Of a stretch of 64,000 bases of DNA, positions 63,990 to 64,000 are shown piece by piece. Every line of letters starts with the position of its first letter. The first letter of the stretch is position 1. Made by a program: the position numbers and the translations under genes. The stretch is from an uncultured Planctomycetota bacterium. Lineage in GTDB: Bacteria > Planctomycetota > Planctomycetia > Gemmatales > Gemmataceae. Under the pieces are notes generated by a model. That model was not told the DNA's origin. It searched no databases and was given only the letters and a program-made list of their open reading frames with translations. Location: positions 909,026 to 973,025 of the forward strand of contig CAWKHF010000002.1 of the NCBI GenBank assembly GCA_963849325.1. Reading direction: 5' to 3'.

Positions 63990-64000
63990 CAGAAATAGGG

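Overview
GC-rich bacterial DNA with a Planctomycetota (probably Gemmataceae-like) gene complement: DUF1549/DUF1553 cytochrome, DUF1501, DUF1559, DUF1080, DUF4058, ECF sigma factor with long extension, HEAT-repeat proteins and many REP-like palindromes. Many otherwise intact genes carry single-base frameshifts, most dense after ~60 kb, which look like long-read consensus errors, so gene ends are reconstructed by eye. Housekeeping/metabolic genes include AOR, pyrC, panD, cfa, pdxH, ahcY, csrA and a lactate permease. Non-coding highlights are a cobalamin riboswitch in front of a DUF1559 gene, a tRNA-Leu(UAA) interrupted by a group I intron, and a complete ISKra4-like element with IRs, 9-bp TSD and a -1 frameshift site. 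Best candidate systems: (1) a small Urm1/MoaD-like protein ending in LVGG closely linked to a DUF4132 protein, (2) a vWA-PP2C-kinase (TerY-P-like) triad whose kinase is a membrane-spanning multidomain protein, (3) a stand-alone PigE-like reductase-aminotransferase beside a GNAT, (4) a Cys/Met-rich two-repeat protein. All family assignments come from motif recognition, not database searches.
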